A stretch of 64,000 bases of DNA from Lama guanicoe (Eukaryota). This document shows, in pieces, positions 62,959 to 64,000 of this stretch. Position 1 is the stretch's first letter. The number at the start of each line of letters is the position of its first letter. The stretch is from contig MU054117.1 of the NCBI GenBank assembly GCA_013239625.1, positions 2,354,011 through 2,418,010 of the forward strand, in the 5' to 3' direction. The position numbers and the translations under genes are program-made. The notes under the pieces were generated by a model. That model was given only the letters and a program-made list of their open reading frames with translations. It ran no database searches and was not told where the DNA came from.

Positions 62959-63092
62959 GCATCTCAGGTAGCTTGAACTTTGATGAAGAGGAGACTGATG
63001 GGGAGGAGGAGGAAGGGAAGAAACTGAGGTCTCATTCGCCAAATTCAGAGACAGAGAGACCCAGTTCTGCGTCCAGCCAGAAGCCAGCCGCG
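62959..63092 (+). CDS. TULP3: TULP3 exon 5 (ISGSLNFDEEETDG...ERPSSASSQKPAA)
   Basis: 134 nt; acceptor ctgccag|GC, donor GCG|GTACGC. Confidence 0.9.
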
Positions 63093-63466
63093 GTACGCAC
63101 TTGTGAGCCGTCTTCCCGTGGAGCTGATTTAACTGTTTCCTAAACATGCCTTCGGTATTCAGGTGCCATTACTGAGTGAGGGCTGCTTCCGAGACGCAAG
63201 CTGGGGTTTACACTTAAAGGCCATGACTCCCTGATTTCTTGTGTCCCGAGCCAGCTGCTGGGAAGCTGTACCCCGTTTGTGCTTCGCTCCCTCCTTGCTC
63301 CCCTGTTCATGTCCTTGTTTAACGGCTTAGGTTTTCCATGTTCTGTCAGACGGCTGAGGCCATACGGGTGACTCAGTAAGGTGTTCTGTCCTGTAAGCGT
63401 TCCTCCAGGGGTGCACGAGGCGTTCTGACGCAGCTTCCTGCCGCTCACCTGTGACTGCTCTTTCAG

Positions 63467-63664
63467 GACACAGGGGCTTCCGGAGCTGCAGCCCAGCAAA
63501 CTGATAGCCAGCTGGGAGAAATAGAGAGTTTAGAGGACTTTGCCTACAGTCCTGCCCCTCGAGGCATCACAGTGAAGTGTCGGATAACCAGGGACAAGAA
63601 AGGAGTGGATCGCGGTCTCTTCCCCACCTATTATATGCACTTGGAAAAGGACGAAAATCGAAAG
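63467..63664 (+). CDS. TULP3: TULP3 exon 6, start of the tubby domain; gene continues beyond the window
   Basis: 198 nt; [45 protein letters not shown]; donor AAG|GTATGG. Confidence 0.95.
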
Positions 63665-64000
63665 GTATGGGAGGTGGTTCTTAAGACGATCTTGGGATGG
63701 AGGGAGGGTGCTGTGGGATGGCTTGTGGATGGTCTTGCGACGGGAGCAGCAGCAGCCTTAGACCAGGACGGCAGGCACTGGCCTGTGCTTGTTCATCCCT
63801 CAGCGTCTCCGAGGAGCTCACAGTCTAATAGTCAAACTCTGTCCCCGCCCCAAAGAGAAAGAGGTTTATCCAGAACGTGAGAAGACGGAAGAGAATATTT
63901 GGATGTAACTGCTTTTGCGTCCATCCCTTCTTTGGGCTCGGGAGTGCTCCAGTGTGCTCTTCGGCTTTTATTTTTATCACCGTGGAACATGATGTTGTGG

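Overview
Mammalian genomic DNA, most likely a camelid (Camelus/Vicugna/Lama), judged from six copies of a Vic-1-like tRNA-derived SINE and cetartiodactyl-type L1 3' ends. Gene order matches human 12p13.33. NRIP2 (minus, coding exons 1-3, rest runs off the left edge), TEX52 (minus, complete, 303 aa) and FOXM1 (minus, complete, 756 aa with exon A1/Va) are followed by RHNO1 (plus, complete, 240 aa; head-to-head with FOXM1, with the shared promoter core lost in a 385-N gap) and TULP3 (plus, coding exons 1-6, runs off the right edge). All coding exons were placed by hand using GT-AG sites and reading-frame phase; gene names come from recalled human orthologue sequences, not a database search. Most ORFs in the supplied track are spurious GC-rich, antisense or repeat-derived frames. 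I found no clearly new gene system. The best leads are: (1) stop-start uORFs overlapping the main AUG of FOXM1 (UAAUG) and probably RHNO1 (UGAUG); (2) an L1 insertion with a 161-bp 3' transduction inside 15-bp target-site duplications; (3) a duplicated poly(A) cassette in the RHNO1 3' UTR; (4) RFX X-box motifs at the TEX52 and TULP3 promoters.
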